This document shows, in pieces, positions 25,626-37,949 of a stretch of DNA of 64,000 bases. Position 1 is the stretch's first letter. Each line of letters starts with the position of its first letter. A program made the translations under genes and the position numbers. The notes beneath the pieces are model-generated. The model was not told the DNA's origin and did not search any database. It saw only the letters and a list, made by a program, of their open reading frames with translations. The DNA comes from Octopus bimaculoides (lineage: Eukaryota), in contig NC_068997.1 in the NCBI RefSeq assembly GCF_001194135.2, positions 37,449,536 through 37,513,535 of the forward strand, read 5' to 3'.

Positions 25626-25699
<74 letters not shown>

Positions 25700-27687
25700 C
25701 ACACATGCACATGCATGCGTACATTGTCATCTTTACTATTTAACATTCACTTTACTATACTTGTATGGGTCAGATGGAATTTTGTTGAGGCAGATTTCCA
25801 ATGGGCTGATGTCCTTCCTGTCACTAGCGCTCACCTTTTTCTAAGCAAGGTAATATTTTCTCATAACGGAAATGTTTTACATTGAAAACTGGAAACGTAC
25901 AGTTTCACTTCTATGATGGTCATGTTCATATACAACATTATATGATGTCAAGACAAGGTTACACACACATATGGACAGAGGAAGGCATATTATAATGGTG
26001 GAGGCTGGTTTATGGGGTTACCCTGGGTTTCTCGCTCATAAGGGGAGCATATCTTCAGAGCCTGCTGGCCTTTTGGAATCTGCAAGGTGATGCTACAGCC
26101 GGAAGTCAATAGCCAAGGCCGACGTTTACCTTTATGGTTCTTTGGTGACTGCAAGATGGTGGTATGGCTGAAGCTTGATGGCCAATGGCAAAGGGAGATA
26201 ATCACCTCTATAGTGAGGTTTTCCCCTATCCATATTTTGAAAAGCGCTTAGGTCAGCAGTGTTTGGGGTCTGAAGATACACTNNNNNNNNNNNNNNNNNN
26301 NNNNNNNNNNNNNNNNNNNNNNNNNNNNNNNNNNNNNNNNNNNNNNNNNNNNNNNNNNNNNNNNNNNNNNNNNNNNNNNNNNNNNNNNNNNNNNNNNNNN
26401 NNNNNNNNNNNNNNNNNNNNNNNNNAAGCAACAAGGATATCCAGAGGTAATGCAGCACAATTGTTTCATGCAACTCCATTTAATTGAACAATGCAATCAT
26501 TACATCGATTTAAAATGCAGAGCAATCCTCAGCTGCCCAAAGACATAGAATTTAATTAAATTAGAACAGATGGACACATTAGTATAATCATACCTAAAAT
26601 CTCCAAGAAGTTAAGGAGATAGACAAGGAACATGTTGTCTCTACTACAACATAGAAGTTAATAAATTTTCAAGAAGACTCTGCCTGTCACTGATTTTATT
26701 TGTCTTTTTGGGGTCAGTTTTAATTTATAGACTAGTTTATCAATCCTTGTATATCTAAGTCTGTGAGAATAAAATGCATTATCTGTTAGGGCAGACAGAA
26801 ACCATAGTTTGTCTAGTCATAAAAATCATGAGGTCTGGTAAAAAGAAAACTTAAAACAAGATGCTAGCTGACAGCTAAGGGGGTCGTCCACTAGCAGACT
26901 ATTGATAATGAAACAAGGGAAATCTTATCATGTAGTACTATAATTAAATGTTTTAAAACAATGTTGCTATATTGTATACAGATAAAGTTTTTGGCTATTC
27001 AGAGGGTTATTAAAGAAGAATATATTAACAAAAGGATAGAAATTTATGGATACTTTTGAGTATATACCAAACTTTTACTACAATAGAGGGAGGAAAAGAA
27101 AATTATTCAGAAATAGTTTAATATTTATACATATAGTACACTTAAATACTAACTCATGAGATGGTGTCTGTGAATATTGATTAATTGGTATATAATAGTA
27201 TTAATAAAGGAGTATTGAGGTAAAAGAACAATCTAATTACATATTAATAAAATTATATTCTAAGCAGTTTTTTTATGTAGTGAATATATCAGTATAGTTT
27301 TATATACGCTAAGTATGAATTTATAGAGATGCAAAGATTAGCTTAATTTTATGAATAAATAAAGGCTAATTATAAATTAATAAAGAAATGAAATAAAATA
27401 ATCAATTAGGGCAGAATTGGGGTAGAAATAAAATAGCTTAATTACTAATGCTATGGTAAAGTATGTATAGATTATTAACACCAGTAGAGAAGATTTATAG
27501 AAAAAGTATAATAATTCAAAATATATTAGACTAAAAATTATATTTTTAACTTATTTAGCTAATATCAATAAAAGACTGATGTCTGATATCAGCTAAAGGA
27601 ATATTTAAGTTATGGAACATTCAAATTTTAGATTAATCTTTCTATATATAAAACTAATATNNNNNNNNNNGACAACTCTGGTAGCTT

Positions 27688-27713
<26 letters not shown>

Positions 27714-27718
<5 letters not shown>

Positions 27719-28068
27719 GCTCTGTGTTAAGAAACTTCCTTCCCAATCACATGGTTCCAGGTTCAGTCCCACTGCGTAACACCAAAACCCTGTCAGTGGC
27801 TTTGGTAGACGGAAACTGAAAGAAACCTGTCGTATCTGAAGGTATATATATAACTCTGTATGTGTGTGTCTGTCACCTCATTACCACTTGACAGCTGGTG
27901 TTGGTGTGATTATGCACCCATAATGTAGCAGTTTGGCAAAAGAGACTGATATAATAAGTATTAGGCTGCAAAATTAAGTACTGGAGTTGATTCATTCAAC
28001 TAAAAATTCAAGGCAGTGCTCCAGCATGGCCACAGTCTAATGACTGAAACAGGTAAAAGATAAAAGAT
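27714..28068 (+). mobile_element. SINE family A (with an internal deletion)
   Basis: Head ...cttcccaatcacatggttccaggttcagtcccactgcg, body gaaactgaaagaa, tail ccagcatggccacagtctaatgactgaaac...aaaagataaaag. Confidence 0.8.
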
Positions 28069-28123
28069 ATGTGTGTATATATATCAATTTTGTTTCTCCG
28101 TGTTTTTCTCCTTGTCTCCGTAT

Positions 28124-28160
28124 TCTTTCTGTTGAAGAGCGTAGCTCGAAACGTCAAAGA
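28124..28160 (+). ncRNA. Minimal type-I hammerhead-like motif with an A6-to-U core change and an extra A after A9
   Basis: tcttt-CTGTTGA-A-gagc-gta-gctc-GAAA-cg-TC-aaaga. Perfect 5-bp stem I, 4-bp stem II, ACGT palindromic stem III, GUC site. Confidence 0.6.
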
Positions 28161-30180
28161 CTTTCCGTATTCCCGAGCGTCATACTAATATATACTTTTG
28201 TTATTNNNNNNNNNNNNNNNNNNNNNNNNNNNNNNNNNNNNNNNNNNNNNNNNNNNNNNNNNNNNNNNNNNNNNNNNNNNNNNNNNNNNNNNNNNNNNNN
28301 NNNNNNNNNNNNNNNNNNNNNNNNNNNNNNNNNNNNNNNNNNNNNNNNNNNNNNNNNNNNNNNNNNNNNNNNNNNNNNNNNNNNNNNNNNNNNNNNNNNN
28401 NNNNNNNNNNNNNNNNNNNNNNNNNNNNNNNNNNNNNNNNNNNNNNNNNNNNNNNNNNNNNNNNNNNNNNNNNNNNNNNNNNNNNNNNNNNNNNNNNNNN
28501 NNNNNNNNNNNNNNNNNNNNNNNNNNNNNNNNNNNNNNNNNNNNNNNNNNNNNNNNNNNNNNNNNNNNNNNNNNNNNNNNNNNNNNNNNNNNNNNNNNNN
28601 NNNNNNNNNNNNNNNNNNNNNNNNNNNNNNNNNNNNNNNNNNNNNNNNNNNNNNNNNNNNNNNNNNNNNNNNNNNNNNNNNNNNNNNNNNNNNNNNNNNN
28701 NNNNNNNNNNNNNNNNNNNNNNNNNNNNNNNNNNNNNNNNNNNNNNNNNNNNNNNNNNNNNNNNNNNNNNNNNNNNNNNNNNNNNNNNNNNNNNNNNNNN
28801 NNNNNNNNNNNNNNNNNNNNNNNNNNNNNNNNNNNNNNNNNNNNNNNNNNNNNNNNNNNNNNNNNNNNNNNNNNNNNNNNNNNNNNNNNNNNNNNNNNNN
28901 NNNNNNNNNNNNNNNNNNNNNNNNNNNNNNNNNNNNNNNNNNNNNNNNNNNNNNNNNNNNNNNNNNNNNNNNNNNNNNNNNNNNNNNNNNNNNNNNNNNN
29001 NNNNNNNNNNNNNNNNNNNNNNNNNNNNNNNNNATATATATATATATATATATATAATGAAAAGATAAAAAGGTTACATGAGTAAATTTATATAAAAATT
29101 TATATGAAAAGAACAAAATGCTTTGAAAACTTTGTCATGGATAAAAGAAAGAAAATATTCACATTCTTACCAAAATATGCTACGGATTTAATCATGCTGA
29201 GAGAGAAAGGAAAATGATTTGAAATAAATTAAATTAATCTGTCATAAGTTCTGGAAGTTCCAGGTTTTTATTACAAAATTCACATAGTGTTGATATTTTG
29301 TCTCCCGCTGATGGTTTTTGGTTGGAGTGAGGTGTGGGGTGTGATATTAGTAATAGTAGTAACAGTTAAAACAGTGGCAGTTGTCTTTTGTTTCTTGCTT
29401 GGGATGTACTTGGGATGTTGTCATTAAGGAGTGGCTGTCAGCAATAGAAGCAATAACAATGGTATTATTATCATTATTATTGTAGTAATACTAGTAGTAG
29501 TGGTGGTGGTGGTGGTAATAATGGTAGTATTTAGTTGTCACTATATCTGTTTTACTAGTAGAAGTAGCTGTGACAGCTTAAGTATTAATTGTAGTAGCAG
29601 TGGTGGTTGTGGCTGTTGAGCAGGAGAAGTGACCCCAGTAGTCATCAGAAAGAAACCAACTTCCAGCACCATTTGCTTCTTTGGTAGAAAACCATGTGAA
29701 TTGCCAGAACTGATATCATGATTGCAAGTACATGCGTATCCAATTTTCTTTTCTATCAAAATACACAAGGTTTACAACAATACTGGATTTTTATTGTTAC
29801 TACTTCAGGAAGCTTTTGACATTCTCTGTTTTATTCTTTTCTTATCTTACTACTTTCATATAACCATGACAGCCCATCTCTTCATCTGTTCATACTACTT
29901 GACTTTCAACAGTTACCAGTTTCTCAACATCAACTACTATTGACATTTTCTGTATTTTTTAATTTCTATTTTTGTGTGGTCATCACCTTGGGTTACAGCA
30001 AGTAAAGTTTCTGCCTATTATCATTGACATGAACACTTTTATTCTAGTATTTTTCAAAATATAATTGTTTTGGAAAGCAAATTTACCTTTTATATAATAT
30101 GTCTGTATTTTGTACTCATAAACCTTCTCTGTCCATAAAATAAATATAAGAAGCATGCTGCTAGTTGAATGATAATAATC

Positions 30181-30618
30181 ATTTCAAATTTTGGCACAAG
30201 GCCAGTAGGTTTGGAGAAGGGGCTAAGATGATTACTTACATTGACCTCAGTGTTCAACTGGTATTGGAAAGGATAAAAGACAAAGTTGATTGACCTTGGC
30301 GGAATTTTAACTCAGAACATAAAGACAGATGAAATAACTCTCAGCATTTTGCCCAGCATGCTAATGATTCTGCCAGCTTGCTGCCTTACTTAAATAATAG
30401 TAATATCCCTTTCTACTAAAGGTACAGATTTTGGAGGAGGGGATGAGTCAATTATATTGATCCCAGTGTTTCACAGATACTTTATTTATCAACCCTGGAA
30501 AGATGAAAGGCAAAGTCGACTTGGTGGTATTTGAACTTGGAATATAGCAACAGGCGAAATATCACTAAGCATTTCATCCAGCATGCTAATGATTCTGCCA
30601 GTTCACTGCCTTACTTCA

Positions 30619-30656
<38 letters not shown>

Positions 30657-30893
30657 CCTTTTTATTATAAGCACAAGGCCTGAAATTTTGGGGAGGGGAC
30701 TAGTTGATTACATCAACCCCAGTGTTTCAGTGGTACCTAATTTATCGAACCCAGAGAGATGAAAGCAAAGTCGACATCGGCAGAATTTGAACTTAGAATG
30801 TAGTGACAGGTGAAATACTGCTAAGCATTTTGTGCAGCATGCTAACGACTCTGCCATGACTCTGCTAATGACTCTGCCAGCTTGCCACCAGAC
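30181..30893 (-). mobile_element. Three head-to-tail SINE family D copies (30181-30388, 30405-30613, 30654-30893) separated by TAA-rich spacers
   Basis: Each copy contains the reverse complement of ctggcagaatcattagcatgctgg...aaatgcttag...gagttcaaattc. (AAT)n tract at about 30620-30655. Confidence 0.82.
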
Positions 30894-30916
30894 TTCAATA
30901 ATAATAATAATAATAA

Positions 30917-31280
30917 CCAGAGCACTCAGAGAGCACAAACCTCCGCCAAGGCAACACCAACATCCTCTCAACAATTAGCCAGAGAGGGTTTTTAAAATGA
31001 GAATATCTGAAATAAACTCGACTGCTCTCACAAACGAAAATACTAAAAATGAACCCAGCTGCTCTCTAAAATTAAGTAAAAAAACAGGAAGAATAATCCA
31101 GAATCCTTGTCCAGTACTAGATCAATCCCACAATCTAATCAGTTCATGCCAGTCACAAGGCCAGACATCCCAGAAAGTTTCATCCAAATCCGTCCAGCAG
31201 TTCTTGAAATATCTTGTCCACGGACAAACAAACAAACACGATTGAAAACAATACTGCCACCTTCACTAAGGCGGAGGTAA
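30917..31280. mobile_element. Non-autonomous element with short subterminal inverted repeats and an internal (CAAA)n tract (Helentron/HINE-like), inserted in (AAT)n
   Basis: acctccgccaagg (30939-30951) versus taaggcggaggt (31267-31278). caaacaaacaaac near the right end. (AAT)n on both flanks. Confidence 0.5.
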
Positions 31281-31306
31281 TAATATTGATAATAATAACA
31301 ATAATG

Positions 31307-31355
<49 letters not shown>

Positions 31356-32399
31356 TGATACTAATAACAAACAGGAAATGCATATTTCAAATTTATTGCA
31401 TAAAATGTGCAAAAGCATGCAAGACCTATCACCAGAAATAAGTGGGCCAGTTCCCTGTGAAAATGATGACAATCTAAATAAAGGGCCAGATGTCTCTCCT
31501 CACATCTTACAAATAAAGCCAAAACTATATCTGTAGATATAAGAGGAATATGCTTCTATCCTACTTTACAGCGGTTCTCTACCCACAAAACATATTCCAA
31601 TGAAAGCCTAGAAGAAAAATAATCCAGATCCAGAACCTCAACAAACTAGCTAATTTAAGGAGACATATTCTTGAAAAAAAAATGAATCAGAAATTGAAAT
31701 TGAACATTTAAAAGAAAGAATATATTATGAAAACATCAAATATTGGTCACATAATACTTAACAGTAATAGAAGTATAGAGACTGTAAAATACAGCGATAG
31801 ACCTAACATGTGCAACACAAAGTAATGAAATACCACAAACCCAAGGAGTGCACAACAATGAACAAAAAAAAAACAAAAAACAAACCAGGACAACACAAAC
31901 AAAAATAGAAATGGAAAGGAATGTGAAGTAAACTTAAAAATTGGAAATTCTGAAATTGGAAATCATTGTTATGATACTTTGAAATTGAGTAATTCAAGAT
32001 TTAAAAACTGTAGAACTTACTATTGACCAACAAAAGCAACTTCAAAAAATAGACTGAATGATAAGATTCCAACAACAATAAAAAACACAATTCTGGATAT
32101 CATAGTTTTAATTACAATAGAAGCAGACATTAATGTTACCAGATTCAAAGAAATAATATATGCAGTAGCTTCTGTGGATGGGGAAGGAGAAGGCATTATG
32201 AAGATGAGATGTGGGGAAGGGAGATGCACATAAAAAGACACACTTTTATGTCCTCAATTTTACTTAGTTTGATAGGTAAGCAGTGCTTTTAAATAAAAAT
32301 ACAAAAGGCTGAGTGCTAATGCATCATCTTATAGAAAAAACAACTACAAGATAATGAAGTTCATTGCATGATTTCGTGTTCCTTTATCATTTATTTAAT

Positions 32400-32760
32400 T
32401 TCATCATCATCATCATCGATTAACGTACGCTTTCCATGCTAGCATGGGTTGGACGATTTGACTGAGGAATGGTGAACCAGATGGCTACACCAGGTTCCAA
32501 TCTGATTTGGCAGAGTTTCTACAGCTGGATGCCCTTCCTAACGCCAACCACTCCAAGAGTGTAGTGGGTGCTTTTACGTGCCACCGGCACAAAGGCCAGT
32601 CAGGCGGTACTGGCAACGGCCACGCTCAAAATGGTGTATTTTATGTGCCACCTGCACAGAAGCCAGTCCAGCGGCACTGGCAACGATCTCGCTCGAATGT
32701 CTTCCACGTGCCACCGGCACAAGTGCCAGGAAGGCGACGCTGGGCACAGGTTCCCTCAGC
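32400..32760 (-). mobile_element. RTE-type 3'-tail repeat ending in (TGA)n; related pieces at about 2745-2860, 13770-13830, 33415-33620, 34850-34940 and 43490-43560
   Basis: catcatcatc...ttaacgt...ttccatgctagcatgggttggacg...ggatgcccttcctaacgccaacc recurs across the window. Confidence 0.6.
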
Positions 32761-33899
32761 TGCTAGTTAGAAACTGGCTGTTTCTCTATTGGTAAGAAAT
32801 CTTGAAATAAAACTGAATAATGACATACATACATACATTCATATATTCTTATATGATGGGAAACTGATAACAGGACTATGTTCTAGTTGTATCTTGTTTT
32901 TGTTAAAGTACTTTTCATATTTTTTTACATGTTCCTCTGCCATTTCAAACAATGAAATTAATAAATACTCCCTTAAATTTTTATCTTCAGGATGGAATAC
33001 GTTATTGCCTTGCAAATTAGATTTGTATACATTTTGTCATGAGAATTTGTGGAGACCATAATGTCTTAATTTGAAATTTGATCCTTAGATTTATGTCATC
33101 ATTTATGTTTTTTTTTGCATGTGACATGTATACATGTATGCCACCCACCTAGTCAGTGGGTGGCATCATTCAAAGGCTACAACAATGCATGGAAGCCCAT
33201 TGTGACTAGTAATGCATAACAACATCCAGTAGACTGGTTCATATCAAGACATAGAGATACAGTGATATATGTTCTCACACATATGTATATATAAACACAC
33301 ACATGCACGCATGTACACACACGAATGCACAAGCATACACACACACATATATACATTAACTAAATTGTCAATATGTAGTTTTATTAACTTTAAAACTGCA
33401 TCATCATTGTCATCATCATTTAACATCCAATTTCCATACTGGCATGGCCTGGACAGTTTGACCGGAGGTGGTAAGGCTAAGGGTTGCACCAGACTCCATT
33501 GTTGGTTCTGGCATGGTTTTTACAACTGAATGCCCTTCTTAATGCCAACCACTCCACAATGTATGGTACTGGGTGCTTTTTATGTGGTACCAACACTGGT
33601 ATCAATTCTGGTGTGGTGGACAAGTCTTCTTGAGTATAGTAGGGTGCCAGATATCTTGATCCTTAGTCATCTCCTTCACAAGGCTCAGTGTCTTGAGATC
33701 AGCCTTCAGTACTTCCTTGTGTCTTTGGATGTCATGCATGACTCAGTTACAAATACACAAATATTAGGTAAATTATTTTTTTAATGGTGGAACTTGAGGT
33801 TGGTAAAGCTGTGAATAATAATGTATAGAATATTGGGTTCAGACACCCTTAGAAAAAAGTTGAAGGCTGCCCATGTAATTCAGTCTATATTTGTAAACA

Positions 33900-34300
33900 T
33901 GACAATTGACAAGTCCCTTAACCTCATGGGCGTTGTTTGGGGTGCTGCAGTCATGTACTGTATATAAGGCAAGAAAGCCTCGTGGAGCCCATCTCTCTCC
34001 AGGCTAAACTCATTTCTACAGCTGAGTAGACTGGAGCAATGTGAAATGAAGTGTTTTCCTCAAGAACACAACAGATCACCTGGTCCAGGGATCAGAACTA
34101 CAATCTTATGGTCATGAATCCAACACTCTAACCACGAAGCAATGCACCTCCACTCGTGATACTTAATTCTACAGCTGAGTAACATGAAGTGAAGTATTTT
34201 GTTAAAGAACATAACAAATCACCTGTTCCAGGGATCAAAACCACAATCTTATGATCATGAGTCCAACACCCTAACAACTAAGCCATGCATCTCTACATGA
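33900..34300 (-). mobile_element. Two tandem SINE family C copies
   Basis: Both show ctacagctgagta...gaagtg...aagaacacaac...cctggtccagggatc...acaatctta...taaccac...gcacctccac, the reverse complement of the 7887 head. Confidence 0.6.
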
Positions 34301-34442
34301 CAGTTGTTCTGACTGTTATATCAAAGCAACACTTTGAATTTTCTTCATCCATTGAATAGTTTCTTATATTATTAGAATTTGGAAACTTTAAGAGATATGA
34401 AATAAATTATATTTTTGATGATAAATCTTGAAGAGTATAAAA

Positions 34443-34843
34443 CACAGGTGTGCCTGTGTGGTAAGAAGCTTGTTTCCTAACCACATGGTTCCAGGTTCAG
34501 TCTCACTTGGGCAGGTGTCTTCTACTATAGCCTTGGGCTGATCTTGTGAGTGGATTTTGTTGACAGAAACTGAAAGAAGCCCATTATATATATGCATATA
34601 TCTATGTATGTGCATCTTTGAGTCTGTGTTTGTCCCATCTCCATCACTTGACAACCAATGTTGGTGTGTTTACGTCCCCGTAACTTAGCGGTTTAGTAAA
34701 AGAGACTGATAGATTAAGTACTAGGCTTACAAAGAATAAGGCCTGGGTTGATTTCTTCAATTAAAAACCCTTTAAGGCAGTGCTCCAGCATGGCTGCAGT
34801 CAAATGACTGAAAAAAGCAAAAGAATAAAGAATAAAAGAATAT
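34443..34843 (+). mobile_element. Full-length SINE family A, about 180 bp upstream of the PCBP exon acceptor
   Basis: Head, ttgggcaggtgtcttctactatagcc core, internal microsatellite and tail ccagcatggctgcagtcaaatgactgaa...aaaagaataaag. Confidence 0.85.
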
Positions 34844-34887
34844 ATATATCTCCCACCCATGATGCCTGCATGGATGGCAGACATTAA

Positions 34888-34940
<53 letters not shown>

Positions 34941-35080
34941 ATATGAGTATATAAACGTATGTAATGGAATCAAGACATACTGAATAAAGTTATTGAATCA
35001 TTTTATTTATTTATTTATTTTTACAGTTTAAAAAGCTGAAGCCACAGTGCCAAAAAACAACTGGATAGTGCTTAATTGTC

Positions 35081-35179
35081 ATGGCAACAGAGAGAAAGAT
35101 GGTGCAACAAAACGATAACAGTCCATGTCCAATCCAGACAGCTGCAATACTTACTGTGAGAATGGTGATGCAAGGAAAA
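35081..35179 (+). CDS. PCBP: First coding exon of a poly(rC)-binding protein (PCBP/mub-type KH-domain) gene: MATERKMVQQNDNSPCPIQTAAILTVRMVMQGK
   Basis: ATG at 35081 in gtcATGG context. In-frame upstream TAG at 35066-35068. Polypyrimidine tract plus ttacag acceptor ending at 35026, so the exon runs 35027-35179. GTAAGT donor at 35180, phase 0. ILTVRMVMQGK matches the PCBP/mub KH1 start (LTIRLLMHGK / LTIRLIMQGK). Paralog number cannot be assigned. Confidence 0.88.
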
Positions 35180-35289
35180 GTAAGTTCTGTTGTTTGCCTT
35201 GAATTGTATCTTGTGTATGTATGTATATGTATGTGTGTGTGTGCATGTGTGTGTGCATGCATGTGTGTGTGTATGTATGTATGTATGTA

Positions 35290-35338
<49 letters not shown>

Positions 35339-35670
35339 NNNNNNNNNNNNNNNNNNNNNNNNNNNNNNNNNNNNNNNNNNNNNNNNNNNNNNNNNNNNNN
35401 NNNNNNNNNNNNNNNNNNNNNNNNNNNNNNNNNNNNNNNNNNNNNNNNNNNNNNNNNNNNNNNNNNNNNNNNNNNNNNNNNNNNNNNNNNNNNNNNNNNN
35501 NNNNNNNNNNNNNNNNNNNNNNNNNNNNNNNNNNNNNNNNNNNNNNNNNNNNNNNNNNNNNNNNNNNNNNNNNNNNNNNNNNNNNNNNNNNNNNNNNNNN
35601 NNNNNNNNNNNNNNNNNNNNNNNNNNNNNNNNNNNNNNNNNNNNNNNNNNNNNNNNNNNNNNNNNNNNNN

Positions 35671-36200
35671 CCTTAGACCTTAAATGATAAGGCTGGAAAG
35701 ATGTCAAGTTAGTCAGGAATAGGCGGAATTTTCCAATTCTTCAAAATATACTTATACATATGCATGCAACCACTGAAAATTTCTGACCTAGAGTTCAGTA
35801 GAGAGTTAGAGATCTTAGATCTGAACAGGATCTGTGCTCTTTCAGCTAATTTATTCGTTCCATTAACATAAGGTATGGATTTCTCAGTTACTTTCCACTT
35901 AACCAAATGTGGTGTTTCGTTATCTTTTCAAACTCCATACATAGCTAACCAACTTAGTAGCTTCACTTTTGTCCTTATGTCAGAAAGAGGCTATGTGACT
36001 GGCATTGTGATTTTTAAATTCACCTTCACATAATCCAATATAGGTCTTCTTATCTGTTGTGTTATTATTTAGGGTTGCAGCAACTGCTGCCTCATATGAT
36101 AGATTTAATCATAACTCATTGGTCAAGTGGACAGGATTTTGGGTCACGACAGTTACAAGTGGATTCAGGCTCTTGATATTTACCACATGTAATGGTACTC
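35671..36200 (-). mobile_element. Inverted partial copy of the adjacent Penelope-like element (GIY-YIG region and 3' end)
   Basis: Reverse complement of about 36550-37010 plus 37406-37470. ORF 35709-35906 repeats VKWKVTEKSIP...LLNSRSEIFSGC. Confidence 0.88.
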
Positions 36201-37019
36201 TTTGAGGAAGCTGCCCACTATTATAATAATGCCCTAACCAATAGTGACTTCAAAGATAAATTAATATATAATCCCTCTAATGATAATGAAAATATTAATA
36301 ATAGATCAGTGGCATCAAAGATAAAGTAATACACAACCCCTCTAGTGTTAATCAGAATATTAATAAGAAACCTAAAAATAGACCAAGGGAAATTATTTGG
36401 TTCGCACCTCCCTTTTCCATTAATATAAAAATTAACATAGATAAAGGCTTCCTGTTTCTCCTAGACAAACACTTTCCAGCAACTCACAGATACAGGAAAA
36501 TATTTAATAGGCGTTCTGTGAACTTATCATATAGATGCTGTCCCAATATGAAGAGTATCATTACACATGTTCAATACCGAGAGCCTGAATCCAGTTACAA
36601 CTGTCGTGACCCAGGATCCTGTCCACTTGACCAATGACATATGATTAATTCTATTATATATGAGGCAGAAGTTACTGCAACCTTAAATAATAATACGACA
36701 GATAAGAAGACCTATATTGGATTATGTGAAAGTGAATTTAAAAATCACAATGCCAGTCACATAGCCTCTTTCTGACATAAGGACAAAAGTGAAGCTACTA
36801 AGTTGGCTAGCTATGTATGGAGTTTGAAAAGATAACGAAACACCACATTTGGTTAAGTGGAAAGTAACTGAGAAATCCATACCTCATGTCAATGGATCGA
36901 ATAAATGTAGGTTTTGCTTAGCTGAAAGAGCACTGATCCTGTTCAGATCTAAGATCTCTAACTCTCTACTGAACTCTAGGTCAGAAATTTTCAGTGGTTG
37001 CAAGTATATTCTTTTATAT

Positions 37020-37210
37020 TCTTTTTTTCTTTTACTTGTTCCAGTAATTTGACTGTAGCCATGCTGGAGCACCACCTTTAGTCGAACAGATCGACCCCAA
37101 GACTTATTCTTTGTAAGCCTAGTACTTATTCTATCGGTCTCTTTTGCCGAACTGCTAAGTTATGGGGATGTAAATACACCAACATCAGTTGTCAAGCAAT
37201 GGTGGGGGTA

Positions 37211-37257
<47 letters not shown>

Positions 37258-37404
37258 GGTTTCTTTCTGTTTCTGTTTACGAAATTCACTCACAAGGCTT
37301 TGGTTGGCCCGAGGCTATAGTAGAAGATACTTGCCCAAAGTGCCATGCAGTGGGACTGAACCCAGAACCATGTGGTTAGTAAGCAAGCTACTTACCACAC
37401 AGCC
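37020..37404 (-). mobile_element. Full-length SINE family A inserted in the PLE
   Basis: Reverse complement of the family A head (ggctgtgtggtaagtagcttgctt...ttgggcaagtatcttctactatagcc) and tail. Confidence 0.88.
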
Positions 37405-37649
37405 TATGTATAAATATATTTTGAAGAATTCCTGGCTAAATTCATGTCTTTACAGCCTTATCATTTAAGGTCTAAGCAGGATAACTCTTTTACCTTTTTA
37501 CTTTTTATTTTTTACATTTTAATTTTTGTGTTTTAATTTTCTATTTTCCATTTTCTGTTTTTTACTTTCTGCGTTTTCTATGTGCTGCCTTCTCAGTTTT
37601 TCACATTTCTATTATTCAATTTTTTTAGTTTGCTATGATATGTGGTTTG

Positions 37650-37701
37650 CACTTGAAGAATATGTTTGAGTATTTCTTAACATATGAAACTATTAGTAGT
37701 G
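37650..37701 (+). ncRNA. Degenerate type-I hammerhead motif (C3-to-U) in the PLE 3' region
   Basis: cac-TTGAAGA-atatgtt-(12 nt)-aacatat-GAAA-ctattag-TA-gtg. Perfect 7-bp stem II. Confidence 0.6.
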
Positions 37702-37949
37702 TTTAAATACATGTATTGTGCCCTTTAAATAAATAATATGTATTTATGTATGTATATTTGTATGTATGTGTTTATGTATGCATGAGTGCATGTGTGCATG
37801 TGTCCGTGCATGCATGCATGCCTGTATGTATGTATGTATGTATGTATGTATGTATGTATGTATGTACGTATGTATGTATGTAGTGTGTATGTATGGATGG
37901 ATGGATTCTCATATTTTATTTTGTATGGTATGTTAGATTTTCTTCCTAT

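Larger units (their letters stand above)
36240..37710 (+). mobile_element. Penelope-like element 3' half: RT-thumb/linker, GIY-YIG endonuclease, 3' region with a hammerhead-like motif; interrupted by a SINE
   Basis: REIIWFAPPFS...LLDKHFP...IFNRRSVNLSYRCCPNM, then YNCRDPGSCPL, SIIYEAEV...KTYIGLCESEFK, and CRFCLAE...LLNSRSEIFSGC. Contains stops and frameshifts. Confidence 0.9.

Noticed and set aside
31440-32240. Purine-rich stretch with a weak IIYAVASV similarity to R4/Dong ORF N-termini
   Set aside because: Too degraded to support a call.
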